A stretch of DNA of 61,511 nucleotides, the filler included, from Sphacelaria rigidula (Eukaryota), in the NCBI GenBank assembly GCA_964200075.2. It is 7 parts of 7 records of this genome, joined end to end, with 100 filler letters (N's around TTAATTAATTAA, not from the genome) between each part and the next. Parts side by side here need not be neighbours in the genome. Positions count along the whole stretch, not along the records: positions 1 to 8,703 come from CAXNAA020010329.1; positions 8,804 to 17,505 come from CAXNAA020010330.1; 5 more parts are not named here. One strand, written 5' to 3'. This document shows positions 1 to 12,200 of the stretch, piece after piece (positions within the stretch are counted from its first letter, which is position 1; every line of letters starts with the position of its first letter). A model generated the notes under the pieces. It saw only the letters and a list, made by a program, of their open reading frames with translations, ran no database searches and had not been told where the DNA came from. The translations under genes and the position numbers were made by a program.

Positions 1-510
1 TACTGTCTGATGCATCAAACGATTTCATGCCACCTTTGTTCACGTCCCGCATGTCCCCCTCTATAGCACGTCCCGTTCCTCATGTATACTTCACACTCTG
101 CCACTATATGACTTCTGCTCTCTATTCCTTCGCCACAGAGGCAATTCTGTCGATCTTCTTCCTCGTCCTTTCGACGACTGTCATATCTCTTCCTTCTTTC
201 TGGCAGGTCTAGGTCCCCCACCCGAAATCACAGTTTTCATATTTTTCGCAGCGTCCATTGGGCTATGCAACTACGCTGTCATCCCAATCCCCTCTCTCAA
301 TCACCCGTAAATCTCCAGGTGTTCTTCCTCGCCTACTTTGCGTCTGAGCGCTCCTTTTCTGAGCGCTCCTTGTCTAAGCGCTCCTTCCCCCCTTGTTCCT
401 ATAATATCTCTTACTTGTGCCTTGTACCCCGCGTCTTCACCTATGGACAGTATGTCGTCTTGGTTTCCGCCTATCTCCTTCCACACTTTGGAGAGAGGGG
501 GGGGGGGTTG
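1..510 (-). mobile_element. 3' fragment of a non-LTR (LINE) retrotransposon ORF2, decayed
   Basis: Aligns by eye with about 30977-31460. Translation GDLDLPERRKRY...NCLCGEGIESRSHIVAEC matches the C-terminal cysteine/histidine region of the LINE at 30879-31274. Confidence 0.85.
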
Positions 511-648
511 TTTCCTTCCCCATATTTTTGCGCGAATGCAAGCTTCGCCGGCCAACACTGATTTTATTTGATTGACCAATGTCGCACATTAGTACTACAA
601 TTGATCCCCAAGGAACCCAACCAGCCGTGGTCACAAGATTCAAGACAG

Positions 649-979
649 CACACGCGGCCATTTGGCTACTCCCTAAATTCCTCCATGTGGGAAAACGTTT
701 TGAGCCTCCCGAGGAATGAAACGCCTTCGGAGGGGTGCGCGGCCCTCCAGAGGAGATTTTTGGTTTCCTCCAGAGGGATTAAACGCCTCCGGAGGCTTAT
801 CTTTGCCTCTGGAGGGCCGTGCATACCCCCAAATTCCTCCGGAGGGGTGCGCGGCCCTTCAGGTCGGTATTGTTTGGTTTCCTCCAGAGGATTGAAGGCC
901 TCCGGAGGCCTGTTTTCCCTCTGGAGGGCCGCGCATCCCTCCGGAGGCATTCTGGGGGGTAGCCAAATGGCCGCGTGTG
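649..979. mobile_element. MITE with CAC...GTG termini (CMC/CACTA-like), copy 1
   Basis: TIRs cacacgcggccatttggctactccc (649-673) and ggggtagccaaatggccgcgtgtg (ending 979). AG on both flanks is a candidate 2-bp TSD. The interior is built from repeated cctccggagg/ccctccagagg motifs. Confidence 0.85.
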
Positions 980-1835
980 AGATGTATGCCCTGGTTAATG
1001 TGACGGAAATGAAAAAGCACTACACAAACAGAGCCCTGAGTGAATCAGATAGTCATATCTTTCGAACGGCAACGCGTCAGAGAGCACAAGCTGAGCACAA
1101 CGCCATCTGCTAGTTCAGGCGGTCAGGCGCAGCTACCCTAGCCTACTAAGAGATCCGCAGAGCAAGTAGTGAGTATCATGAAACCTGGGTCTCCGTGCCA
1201 GTGCATGTCGTTTTGTATCACGTTCTTGCGTTGCTCTGTCGAGTTTCCTTGAAAAAAAACACGCGGATGTTGTCCGAAAGTTTTGAGCGTGTAACCCCCG
1301 ACGCGAGAGCGAACAAACGAATCATATACTTCTCATCCCGTTATTCAGTCGTGCTACTGTACGATAGGGTAAATCTGGGCCGGCGTCCTGGAGTTGAATG
1401 TAGGCTCTCGCGCACTCGCAGCAGCGCAGTTAGGACGAAGTTGCGTTCAATGTAAAAGGCGATCCTCTCGCAGGCGAGCATCACAAATCATTGTTCGAAA
1501 TGAAAAACGGTTTCTGTCGCAAGCGAAAATACCCCAGACAAGCTTGTCAATAAATGTACACGTAACTACTACTACCTCAGCACGACTCGATTCATCGCTC
1601 TTCGAACGCAATGACTCTACCTATGCTACATGTGAAATACATTTAAATGCATAGCGATCTTGGCGCAAACATGGCCGAGCGCTGCTCAATTTTCAACTTA
1701 CTTGTCGAATCGAGACCCGAATTTTTCACAAGTGACTTGCAATCGATTCCCCGATACATTTCTTCGCCACCGGAGCCTTTTTTTTTAAAGCGTTTTCGTC
1801 GAGATACGACCAACCGAAAGTATGTCGTATGGATG

Positions 1836-2127
1836 CACACGCCGCCATTTGGCTACCCCCCAAAATCCCTCCATATTAAAATTGAACCCTCTGTTGACGC
1901 CTCCATAAGGGTCGATTTTGTCCGTGGAGGTGTTTAATCCCTCTGGAGGGGGGTCAAAGTTGACTCCTCCAGTGTGGGCTATTCCTCTAGCCACGTTTAA
2001 TCCCCGCGGAAGGGGTTACTATTCAATCTCCACAGGGATTATACGCCTCCAGAGGCTTTTTCTCCATCTAGAGGGGTCAATTTTCGTGTGGAGGGATTTT
2101 TTGGGGGTAGCCAAATAGCCGCTTGTG
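1836..2127. mobile_element. MITE of the same family, copy 2
   Basis: About 55-bp imperfect TIRs (cacacgccgccatttggctacccccc... / ...gggggtagccaaatagccgcttgtg), with the same internal ctccag/ctggagg motifs. Flanks are TG and CG. Confidence 0.85.
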
Positions 2128-2360
2128 CGGAGAGTCGGAGGTACGCTGGCGGAAACGAGGAGACAATTTACGGGCCAAATTACGGAAGTGTGCTACGGTA
2201 GGGATTGAAGAATATTTTCTGCGGCTTTCATTGTCGGGAGCTCTTAACCCCATCCAAAAAACGATTCATGAAATATGTGAGAGTAGGCTGCTTCCTACGA
2301 TGGCAAACAAAATAATTCGTGGTAACTTGCCCTTTAGGTACTTCTGCGTCGTTGTACGCC

Positions 2361-3305
2361 TCGGGCTAGTTCCTACACATCAGAAAATCAAACATGTTGA
2401 AAAGTGCATCTTTGGCCCTTTCCCGTCGTTTTTTCCCAGAAAAGAGGGCTAGGCGGACGTTGAAGCCTTGAAATGACTTACTCTACTCGCTGAGATCATT
2501 CCAAATTACCTCTGCGTTTTCCGTACGTCACAGTTTCATTTTTGGCCAAACTTGCATTTTCAATAACAAAGGGTCAAGTTATCCAAAAAAAGGCAGTGTT
2601 CCCCCTGTTCATTGAACCCCCCCTCGATGAGGGGTGTCGTTATGTCATGCAGTGCTTGTCTTGATACACCTGGTATGCTTGTACGTATGGCTGTCCCTCG
2701 AGAGGTCGAAATATGGAACCTTGCGATTCTTAGTTCTTCGGTTGGCGGTATTTGGGGCATTGAGTCTCGCCCGTAGCCAGACCCTATGTTCATTCCTACT
2801 TAGCGTCGCGCGTCGAGTTGGAATGCCGGGTGCCACCCTCTGAACTCCGAATGGTCACCTGCGGCACCGGATCTTCTGAGGTTAGCCATATGTGCTCTCC
2901 TTCTTCTTCATGATTTATCCCTGTTTTGCTTGTATCGCGTTTTGTGAGGTATAATGTGGGTCTATTATTCTTTTTTGCTAGCCTGCGACCACGGAAGGCG
3001 TCCGCATCAGATGCCCAGTACGAATGTACCGCGCAGATATCGGAACGGTTTTCAATGTGAAGACAATAACAACAACAACAACACAATTGATAACTCGAGC
3101 ATTTGTTATTGAAAATGAAAGTTTGGCCAAAAACGAAAGTGTGACGTACGGAAAAGGTAAAGGTGCTCTGGAACGGTCTCAGCGAGTAGAGCACATCATT
3201 TCAAGGTGCCAACGTCCGCCTAGCCCTCTTTTCGGGGAAAAGACGACGGAGAAGGGCCAAAAATGCACTTTTCAGATTTTTTTTGATATTTAAGAACTAG
3301 CTCGA
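2361..3305. repeat. ~200-bp diverged inverted repeat pair (2361-2570 and 3102-3305)
   Basis: gaaaagtgcatctttggcccttt...aaagagggctaggcggacgttg...cattttcaataacaaa is mirrored by tttgttattgaaaatg...caacgtccgcctagccctcttt...gggccaaaaatgcacttttc. Confidence 0.85.
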
Positions 3306-4172
3306 TTCTCACCCGTGACACAATTTTCGTGGCCATTTGACCACGGCCAGGAAATCGCCAATAACCCTCCGTGCGGACTTCCGATAATTTTCGGTCCCGT
3401 TGTTCATGCCGATGAGTGTTGTTTCGGGCAAATGGGCAGCGTTGATTACAGGGACTGCAACCCTGGGGTGAAGTCCACGTTCGCGGCTTAACAGCCAGAC
3501 GGACTTCGGACATTTGCTGTTGTTGAAAAGCACAACAACCACTGAGCTCCTCAGCCAGCGATGACTGAGTAGCTTGGCGGTTATTGTGCTTCTAAATAAC
3601 CTTGACAGAGGATTTGGTGGATTTTAACACCATGAAATGACTCGTTCTACTTTCGTTGAAACGGTTTCAGGACACCTTTGCGTTTCCTGGTGGCCGCGGT
3701 TCTTTTTTGGGGTCTATAGCCTCTGCCAGACGATCTGGACAAGAGGGCTATTCAGTGAGGGACTTCTCCAGAATCTACTGGCCTCACGCTCGATAAGAAC
3801 TTCTCTTAGAGCTCCATTCATGAGGTAAGCAGGCGCGACCTGTACCATCAGGCTTATGCTACACAGCAAGGGTCATCATCCGCAGGATGCCCTTGTCCCC
3901 TGGTCATCATCCAGGATCCTACACATGCTACATCTACTACGCCCTGGTGTATTTTGGCTACAGACCTGTATTATCCGTCGGTAAGACCCTACCCACAATC
4001 TAACAGTGAGGAAACGCCCACACCGACAAGAAATAGGAAGAATGCTTTGGCTATGTACCCGGTAGGAACCCGGGTGAGGAGGTCAGTAGACGACGGAGTC
4101 GGCATAGGAGTAGCGACAGGTAGGTGATGTATATGATTATCTTGACCCATACTGGCGAGCAAGATACCGGAC

Positions 4173-5330
4173 AAAGGACCAAAATAGTCCCACGAAACTA
4201 CTTCACCAGGCCCGTTTTGAAGCAGCATGAAAACAATCGGCCAACGAACTGTTTGACGTGAAGTCTTGCGCGCTTGGCACAAGAGACAACGCCGAACCCA
4301 CCAACGAGTACACTGATCCATTCAAATCCACCGATAAATACGGTCAAGCATCTGGGAGATCCTAATGGGGCCTAAATGAGTTGATGCCTGCGAATGGCAT
4401 TCGTGTAGAACCTATGGGCGCAGGAGCATCGGGATATTAATTTGGATGGGTTCATCACCTTGCAAGCGGGCATGTCGACGTGTAGATGTCCCCCTGGGGA
4501 GGGAGGCCCGCTGTAGGCCGGCGAACAAACAGAACTACACCATCATCATCCGAAGGCATACGTTCAGTGAAAGTTCAGTAAAACATCTTCCTGTGTGGGG
4601 CTTTGCGGTTCCCGACGGGCAAGAGGAATTCGGTTTGCGAAAATGGACATGGACAGCCTTTGGATAGATAGTGGATAGCCGATTTACAAGCAGGTTCTGC
4701 CTGTTGTTCCCGGACCCAATCGGCGTGGGAAAGGAGACTGAAACGTTCCTTGAACATGCCATATGTTGAAGCGTCTATTTTGGTTTGGCCGGGTGAGAGT
4801 GAAGATAACACGGAGCGATGATATCGGAATCAAAAGTGACACTACCAGGTAGTGCATTCTCAGGCGGAACGTAAACATCTACTCCTGCGTCGGTTATCGT
4901 TGTTGGCGGTGTGGTGGTGTTGTCAACACCATCACTAAGGGAGGGGGGCACAGCCATGGTTTCGGCTATGGTTGGCAAGGGATTCGCAGTCGGGGTCGAT
5001 TTCCTGGGGGCCTTGCGACTTGGAGGTTGGATGGGCGCGAGGAAATTATCGGGGACTGGGACGGGGGCAGGGAGGGGAAGGTCAGAAGTAGATACGGCTA
5101 ATCTGATGGCCGTGTCGGCGGTCCGCCGTCCACGAGTTCTAGTCGAAATAAAATCTCGAACTTGAACTGGTAAAACGGACTTAGTACAGGACGGTTCTGT
5201 ACCTGCTGCGAAAACCATGCGTTGGCCAGTTGCCAACAGTATTCGCAGGCAGTTCATTTCAAACTAAGTACAACGATTGAGGTTGCAAACTGCCCAGCAC
5301 CGATGAGTACCCCAAATTAGCCCCCATCCC
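4173..5330 (-). mobile_element. Ty3/Gypsy LTR-retrotransposon pol relic (linker, integrase zinc finger, start of catalytic core)
   Basis: Reads LHECHSQASTHLG...WI*MDQCTRWWVRRCLLCQARK (HHCC motif), then VSWDYFGPL (first catalytic Asp). Upstream is DWVREQQAEPACKSAIHYL. Contains stops and frameshifts and is truncated at about 4173. Confidence 0.85.
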
Positions 5331-5483
5331 GACCCATGACTGTGTATTGTGCACACAAGCCACGACAGTCATAAACATATCTCCAACATTTTCAGCGCAT
5401 TTTGCCGACTTTGTGAACATACAGCACTGAGCGAAACCATCATTTCACTTTGCTAACACCCCCCCCCCCCTCCCAACTCAGGG

Positions 5484-6056
5484 TAAAATGACGGTTTCGG
5501 TCTGCGCTGTAAGCTCACGGAGTCGGTACAAGGCATTCAAAAGTATCGACGCGATTGAGGGGCATTCGGCCAACAAAAACGGCATCGGGCACCGTCACTA
5601 TTACAGCGTCTTCGCGAGATTGAGAGTGGGCGACCAGGCTTTCATCCTGTGTGCGCCTTTCTCTCCTTGTCACACTGGCGAGTGCTTACAGCTACACGCT
5701 CTTATCCTACTCAGGGATATCAAGAACTTCAGTGGCAAGCTATCATACTGCAGAAAACGTATCGGGCCTTGTTAGAGACCATTTCCGAACTAGAACGATC
5801 TATTCACTGTTTGACAGCTCCTCACCCTCAATCGTATCCTTTACTCTCAAATTCACAAAAACAAAAGTGTGGGAAATGCGCTATTTTGGACTTGAACCTC
5901 ATTTCAGATATTTGTCCTAAGTCCTAGTATTGATGTCAGATAAAATAACGGTGTCGGTCAGCGCTGTAAGCTCACAGAGTCGGTGAATGCGCCGAAGAAG
6001 TATCTACGCGATCGATGGGCATTAGGCCAACACAAACGTCATTGAGAACCATCGCT
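5484..6056 (+). repeat. Diverged ~115-bp direct repeat (5484-5598 and 5942-6056)
   Basis: Both copies read aaaatRacggtKtcggtcWgcgctgtaagctcac.gagtcggt...aagtatc.acgcgat.ga.gggcatt.ggccaaca.aaacg. Confidence 0.75.
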
Positions 6057-7832
6057 CAAAGGGTGAAGAAAGCACTCTTGTGGGTTTGAACCTCGTTTCA
6101 GTGTTATCCGCCTTCCGAAAAAAGGGAGTGTTGCCTGATCGGGTCGAACATGAATATTTGTGTTTAAATCCACCAGAGCCCATCCTCTCTTGTTTTCATA
6201 TCTGCTCAATCAATATGGGTATGACACGCCCTGAGGTTTCCTGACGCACCATCAACTTTCATTTTGGTATTTTACATTGGAAGGCTACTATTGGGTGGTG
6301 ATGCTACACTAGAGAGACGTGTTGCGTGGCGTAGGCTGTCTCAGTATGGCGGAGGATGCACAAGCGCTATGAAGCTGACTTGACTATTCCAGACGAAAAT
6401 GAAAATCAGAAACATGATGTTCACGGGCCCTCATGTGGCCGAGATCAAGGAGAAACCTGTATCTTCTCAAAGAAAAAGAGTAGTGAGAGTATTGGCTGGA
6501 GGTGATCGAGATCGTGGAAGCCATGCTGGGATCATTCTTGAAAACCCGATGCTGCGTTACTAGGGACAAGTGTGTCGAACCAGATTGTATCATTTCATTC
6601 AACGTGCTCCTGATTCATTTGTCTTCCCAACTCTTACGATAGTTTCACTGTACGTAATGCGGCCTGGTTGCTTCGCGACGTCTATTCATCATGCTAGCCC
6701 TTTTTTTCCAGAAATCTCGGGCTAGCGGTCACCAAGCCATGGCACAAAAATCAATTTACGAAGGAAACAAAGATAAACTGCTCACGGAAATGAAAACACG
6801 GTGCTTCAGCAGCGCAAGGTTCAACAAACACTTCAGCTACAGAACAAACAAGCTAAAAAACGAAATTACCGGCTACATGGTACGTTGACCAAAGCCGGCC
6901 ACAATTGTGTACCACGGGAGCTACGCAGGCCGGCATGCCCAACACGTTAGGTCAAGGTAAGGCAGAACAAGGCACGGCTAGACGACCCAACACGGGTGAA
7001 GGGATGTTGGGATCCAATGCCGCACCTCCTAAGGAGGACTCAAGAAAAACACGACAAGCGCAGAACAAAGCACGAGAATAGAAACGAGAAATGATAAGAA
7101 AATACATTACGAAAAAAAATAGCAAAACTGTTCAAAACGAATCATCACAGGAGAAACCGAAGAGAGACAATAGAAAAAGATAACAACATGACAAACCAAT
7201 AGAGAGTTTTGGAAAACGTTTTTTCGTCATTTCAGAGTACAAATATCGCAGAATTAGAGCGTAACGACAAATTATTTCTCCCTCCGTCAACTGTCGTATC
7301 CCCTTGACATTTTTGCGATGAGGTGGTTTTTTATTCTGCAATCTGATACTGAGATATTTGCACTCTGAAATGATCAAAACGTGGTTCCCGAAACTCTTAA
7401 ATAACACAAGCAAAGCACAAGAAGGAAGCGAAAAAGGCAAGGAGAGGAAGGATGCAAGAAGGGGAATGTCAACATAAATTAGACTTTGCATCACAAGTAG
7501 GGGTGGAAGAAGGGGCCGTATCGTCAGATGGCTACGTATGCCGCCATGCGTGCTGCCCCCCCCTCTTCGTCGTTTCTCTGGCAGTTGTGCAGGGTCCTCC
7601 CTGCTTTCCGATTTATTTCTTTGCTCTAACCCAGTACCTTGACTGTGTCAAACAATAGCTGCATTTTTTGTATCTCACTCTCCAGCGTTGTACGTTGCCC
7701 GAGTGACAAATCTCATGCAATCAGTAACACGTACAATGAAAGGTCAGAAGATCACATTGCTATGGTGGCATTGCCACACGAAGGTGCAGTCTGTGCCGTC
7801 CGACATCACACACAACCCTCCTTTTTTGTTGT

Positions 7833-7924
7833 TGTGTGTATGCAAGTGTACGTGTGTGTATGCGCATACGTATGTGTGTGTGTGCGTGCGTGTATGTGTA
7901 TGTGTGTATGTGTGTGTATGTGTG
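7833..7924. repeat. (TG)n-type imperfect microsatellite
   Basis: Visible tgtgtgtatg/tgcg run. Confidence 0.95.
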
Positions 7925-8703
7925 AATGATCGCGTCTCCATGCCGTACTGGAGCTGCCCCACATGTTGGAGGCCGGGTTGATATAGTTCTGGAACTGTGG
8001 TTCCTTTGTTCGAACACATTTATGAACCGAGACAAGATTATTCAACCGCATTGGAACGAGCGCTTTTTCCGTTTCGACAATTGGCTCGACCAAGTGTCAC
8101 AGCTCGCCATATGGTACTTGTGAAGACCCCACATTGAAGTTTTACTTCCTACAACCCACCTGAGATTGGCGAACTGGTGAATTACTTGAGGACGTGTGCG
8201 TGTTCATCGTATGTATGGAGTTCTGAGTTGCGAATATTCCGCAGTTTTACCCTCCCGTCCTCGTTTGGATCGACATCCCTGGGAAACTCAGGCTACATCG
8301 CCATCTCTCCCTCAACCGTCATCCATTCTGTGCCGAATTACTCACTGCAGTTGCTCCGTGCTAGCTGTGAGGATCCCAGCCACCTTCGTTTCTTGTTCAT
8401 TTGTTTAGGTTTTTCTTGTTTTTGTTCCTGCGCCTCCCCGACATTTACGGAAGCCACCGACACAGGCAATTCTAGTGGCCTGTTGGGCCCGAGACGATCC
8501 GTCCCTTCTTTTCACCCCAACATTGGCGAAAACGGATGGCCGATACTTCGAGGGCTTTCTCCGTGGAAGTTGCTTTACGTAGTCGGTCGTGTGTTCGGCA
8601 TATGTACCAACGAACAGCCGATCCTAATTTTTAGGGTTGAAACATAAAACGAGGTTGAAGTCCCATTTCTCTCTTGCAGGGGAGATACGAAAGAGTAACA
8701 CAG

Positions 8704-8803
8704 NNNNNNNNNNNNNNNNNNNNNNNNNNNNNNNNNNNNNNNNNNNNTTAATTAATTAANNNNNNNNNNNNNNNNNNNNNNNNNNNNNNNNNNNNNNNNN
8801 NNN
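8704..8803. other. Artificial contig spacer (N44-TTAATTAATTAA-N44)
   Basis: The identical 100-bp spacer recurs at 17506-17605, 26308-26407, 35109-35208, 43910-44009 and 52711-52810. Confidence 0.98.
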
Positions 8804-8930
8804 TGCTGAGATTGTTCGGCCCGAAGCTTACTGATTATCTTGCATTTGGATGACATCCTACAATGAGTTGCTTTATTTTCTGGTATCGCCACTCCCTGAG
8901 ACAGCCACGGCCTATACACTGCCTCATGGG
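8804..8930 (-). mobile_element. Internal fragment of short retroposon family A
   Basis: ggatgacatcctacaatgagttgctttattttctggtatcgccactccctgagacagccacggcctatacactgcctcatggg matches 20921-21008 and 23338-23420, and 40637-40720 in reverse. Confidence 0.85.
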
Positions 8931-9141
8931 TTCAGGGGATCCTAACGATCCCAGCTGCACAAGAGTGTAGGGGTCAGGGTGTCCCTGTTTGCAAATTCAT
9001 TCGAGATATCCCTAGCACACTGGAAAAGTGATCCTGGCTTACTTTCACACATTTCATGAGTCGTATTTGGGAGGAGATACTGTAAAGGGCTCCTAACAAC
9101 TCTGACCTCGGAAAATATTTGTGCATCCCTGCCGTAGCATC
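8930..9141. mobile_element. Partial copy of the MITE at 15572-15819
   Basis: gttcagggg.tcctaacgat...gtttgcaaattcattcg...ctgacctc.gaaaatatttgtgca.ccct.ccgtagcatc is shared with 15615-15820. Confidence 0.85.
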
Positions 9142-9285
9142 AACCCAACCCTGCTATGAGCGTACGCCGACGGGGTCGACGATATGATGCTCCCGTGTTG
9201 CGCTTCATGCCCCTTGAAGTCAGCAACTCACAGCTTTCAAGAGATTGCCTCCCATCATACATAGACCATATACTTTGTATGTATA

Positions 9286-12200
9286 CTACCATCGTGGTCG
9301 ACGAACCAGACCCTGTTTTGGCCTCCAGGCCGGATGCAAGTTGTTCAACTCGGCATCTACACCCCCCCCGCTGGCCCCTCTACCCGCGACACGTCCTCCC
9401 CCCCATCGTCGTCCTTGGCGACGCTGTACATTACCGCGACCCGCACGCTCGAAATGCCCGCGCTGATCTCCCAGCCGTCCCTGCAATCCACCGGGTACAG
9501 CTAGCTGTCTGGGGAGAACCCCCGAAGCAGTGGGCAGCGGTTCGGTGGATCTTATATTCGGCCACGATCCGGAATTCCCCCCCACGTTTTTATGATGATC
9601 GCCATCCAGCCCGCTCATTTCGGCGATGTCCCCATGGGTCGCATGCGAAGCTCGATTGTCTGTTGCAGTCACTCGCTGCTGCTGTCTCGCCGGCATGTCT
9701 CGTGCTGCGTCGGACACCGCCGATGTCGCCCCCCTGACGTGACGTGTACGGGATGGGGTTGGTCGTTGGCTGCCACGCAACAACCCAGCGCCGGAAGGAA
9801 ACGCCATTCTTCCTGCCGCTGTCGCTACCCTATCGTCACCCTTTTCGCGAGAAATCCACCTACCGTGGTCAATAGTTCCGTGGGCCATGATATTTATGGT
9901 ACCGTGTCGAGGTGCCTTGGGCACAGCCTCCACCGCCGCTTCGGCCGCCCCAGAAGCCGCGATGTCAGATCCCTGGTGTTGGGGCAAGCGTGCCCCCTTT
10001 TCTTCGCTCCAGCTCTCCAGTGGGTCTGAGCGGCCAACGACAGCATCGGTCAGGCTATCGACGTGCCCGACAGGATGATTGAAGGTTGTATTGATGGATC
10101 GCCTCATGATTGGGCTGTGATAGTCTACCTTTGGGGTCAATCCCCGCCGGAAGTGTGTGGGGTTGTCCACTCCCGCGCCTGACGCGCCTCCGCGTTTCTC
10201 CTGTCGCAACGACGATGCGGGGAGAACACCCGAGCATATTTAACAACATAGGGGCGTGGGTGGGTGGGTGGGTGGGCGGGTGGGGTTAACCGATTCAGAA
10301 TAACCCTGAGTAATGACATTACTTTCGTTTTCTGCTCTCCCGAACCGACAAATAAGTATCCTGACTCCCATGTTATTGTAGTACGTGTGCTTGAAATACC
10401 AAATTGCGGCGAGGCCTGGGCTGTTCTAGCCATACCGGGAATAATAGGACATTCTACCCGAGCCCGCAGTGCTCATGAAAACTAGCGAAATGGCTACGTC
10501 TTTTTCAAGGCTCACCCCCCCGCCGGTGAAGCCGGGCGGCGCGGCTGAGAGCGCCGAATCATTCTTGTTTCCTATTTGGGCATCGAATGACGAACCCTGG
10601 TCGCTGGCCTTATTCCACGCAGAAATATCTGCAACCGTGGACGACTCAGCCGGCACGCTCGTGAACAGGTTCTTGGACTGCTTTCGATCGTCTGTGCTCC
10701 CGTTTTCACAATTTCGACCAACGTCTCCATCTCTCCCCGCTTCGGTGCCGACCATGTCGTGCTCCACCGCGGATACCGGCGCGCGGTAGTGATGGTCGCT
10801 GCTTTTTCGACCCGACGGGCTCGAAAGTGACGGCGATGCTTCAGTCTCGTCGGCGGGGGTTGGTGAGGCGACCGCTATTTTGGGCGGGGACGGGGCGGCA
10901 AACGGAGGAATCTTGTGCACGTGCTGTGGCGGTGAGGAGCTGATCGCCCGGCGATTTGCTTCAGCCTGTGTGGGAGGGTTGTTGTTCGTGGGTTGGGAAA
11001 AGGTGCACAGAGCGAGTTACGCTGTTCTTGTGGCAGTCGAGATTCAATTCGTTGGGAAATGAAATGAAATGGATACACAACGACACAAGAGCAAACCCGG
11101 GGCTTGTGCGGACGTCAATCACCAAGGGGGGCGTTCCTAGGGGACCGGCCAGTATGCAACAATCTCTCAGTCGATCGATCAGTTACAATACTTCGCCGGT
11201 CGTCGGGTGGGCGTTTCAACACTGTTCCACCCGATATGGTTCAGCATTTGAAAGCTGGAACCGTGGAAAAAGATACGAATATCTCAAGACGCGAATCTCT
11301 CCGCAGTACATCATCGGAATATCCTACGCCTAGTCTCGAGGCCTTGGATATGTGCTCGGGGACTACGATTCTCGATGCAACTCTTCCCAAGAGCAAAGTT
11401 TCCCGACATTCGGGCCGTAAGGATAGGATAACAAACCCGGTGTTGGAGCGTCCACCTGTAATTGCGAAGGCTGTGCGCTGGTGAAAGTATGCCGCGGTAG
11501 TTGCGACCTTGCATCGCTTGTCGCTGTGCTTTCCAGCAGGTTGGGGATTTGGACGTCGCGGCGCCCTTCGATCCCTCCCGCGCTTTCACTGCGTGTGGCG
11601 GCCGTCTCGGATGGTGTCGACATCTGGCTCCGTGAGTAGCTATCGTGTCGTATACCCACTCCGAGAGATCGGTCGTGAAACGTGTTGCCCATAACTTGTA
11701 TAACAGCCGGCGCGAAATCTCTCGAGTAGGACGGGACCTTCCCTCGTTGACTAGTCATTTTTCAATGCGCGACGGTGTGGACACGAAGAACAAGGAAGGA
11801 GGTTGGGCAGCCCGAGTTGTACACGTAAGGGGTGCGAAAAGCTACGATTGGCCGCCGTAAAGAACGACATAATAAGGAGGTGCATCAAACATCACTTTAA
11901 CGGTTCAATGTACAGCAAGTCGTCCTTGCCGGATTTTGCCCCGACGACCCGCAATGGGCAACGGAATGAATCTCCTTGGCAATACATCGTATAGGTGAAA
12001 GCACACTGGTGCATCAAGCGCCTTACAGCTGCCACACGGAGCGCGCGGTGACGGAGCTCACGAGCGGGAGCTAGAGGAGCAACTCACGACGGTCGGGCAA
12101 GCAACTCGCGCTAGCTCAAACCATAACCCAGGGTGTGGCACCTTAGCACGCGGCGAGACTTCGAGAGAAGCCGCTTCTTAAGCGAGCGCTCCTGCCTCTC

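Noticed and set aside
5301-5315. atgagtacccc matching the retroposon terminus
   Set aside because: It lacks the upstream conserved core and lies at the edge of the Gypsy relic, so it is likely coincidental.
8748-8759. TTAATTAATTAA as a biological motif recurring at ~8.8-kb intervals
   Set aside because: It is embedded in N runs and identical each time, so it is an assembly linker.
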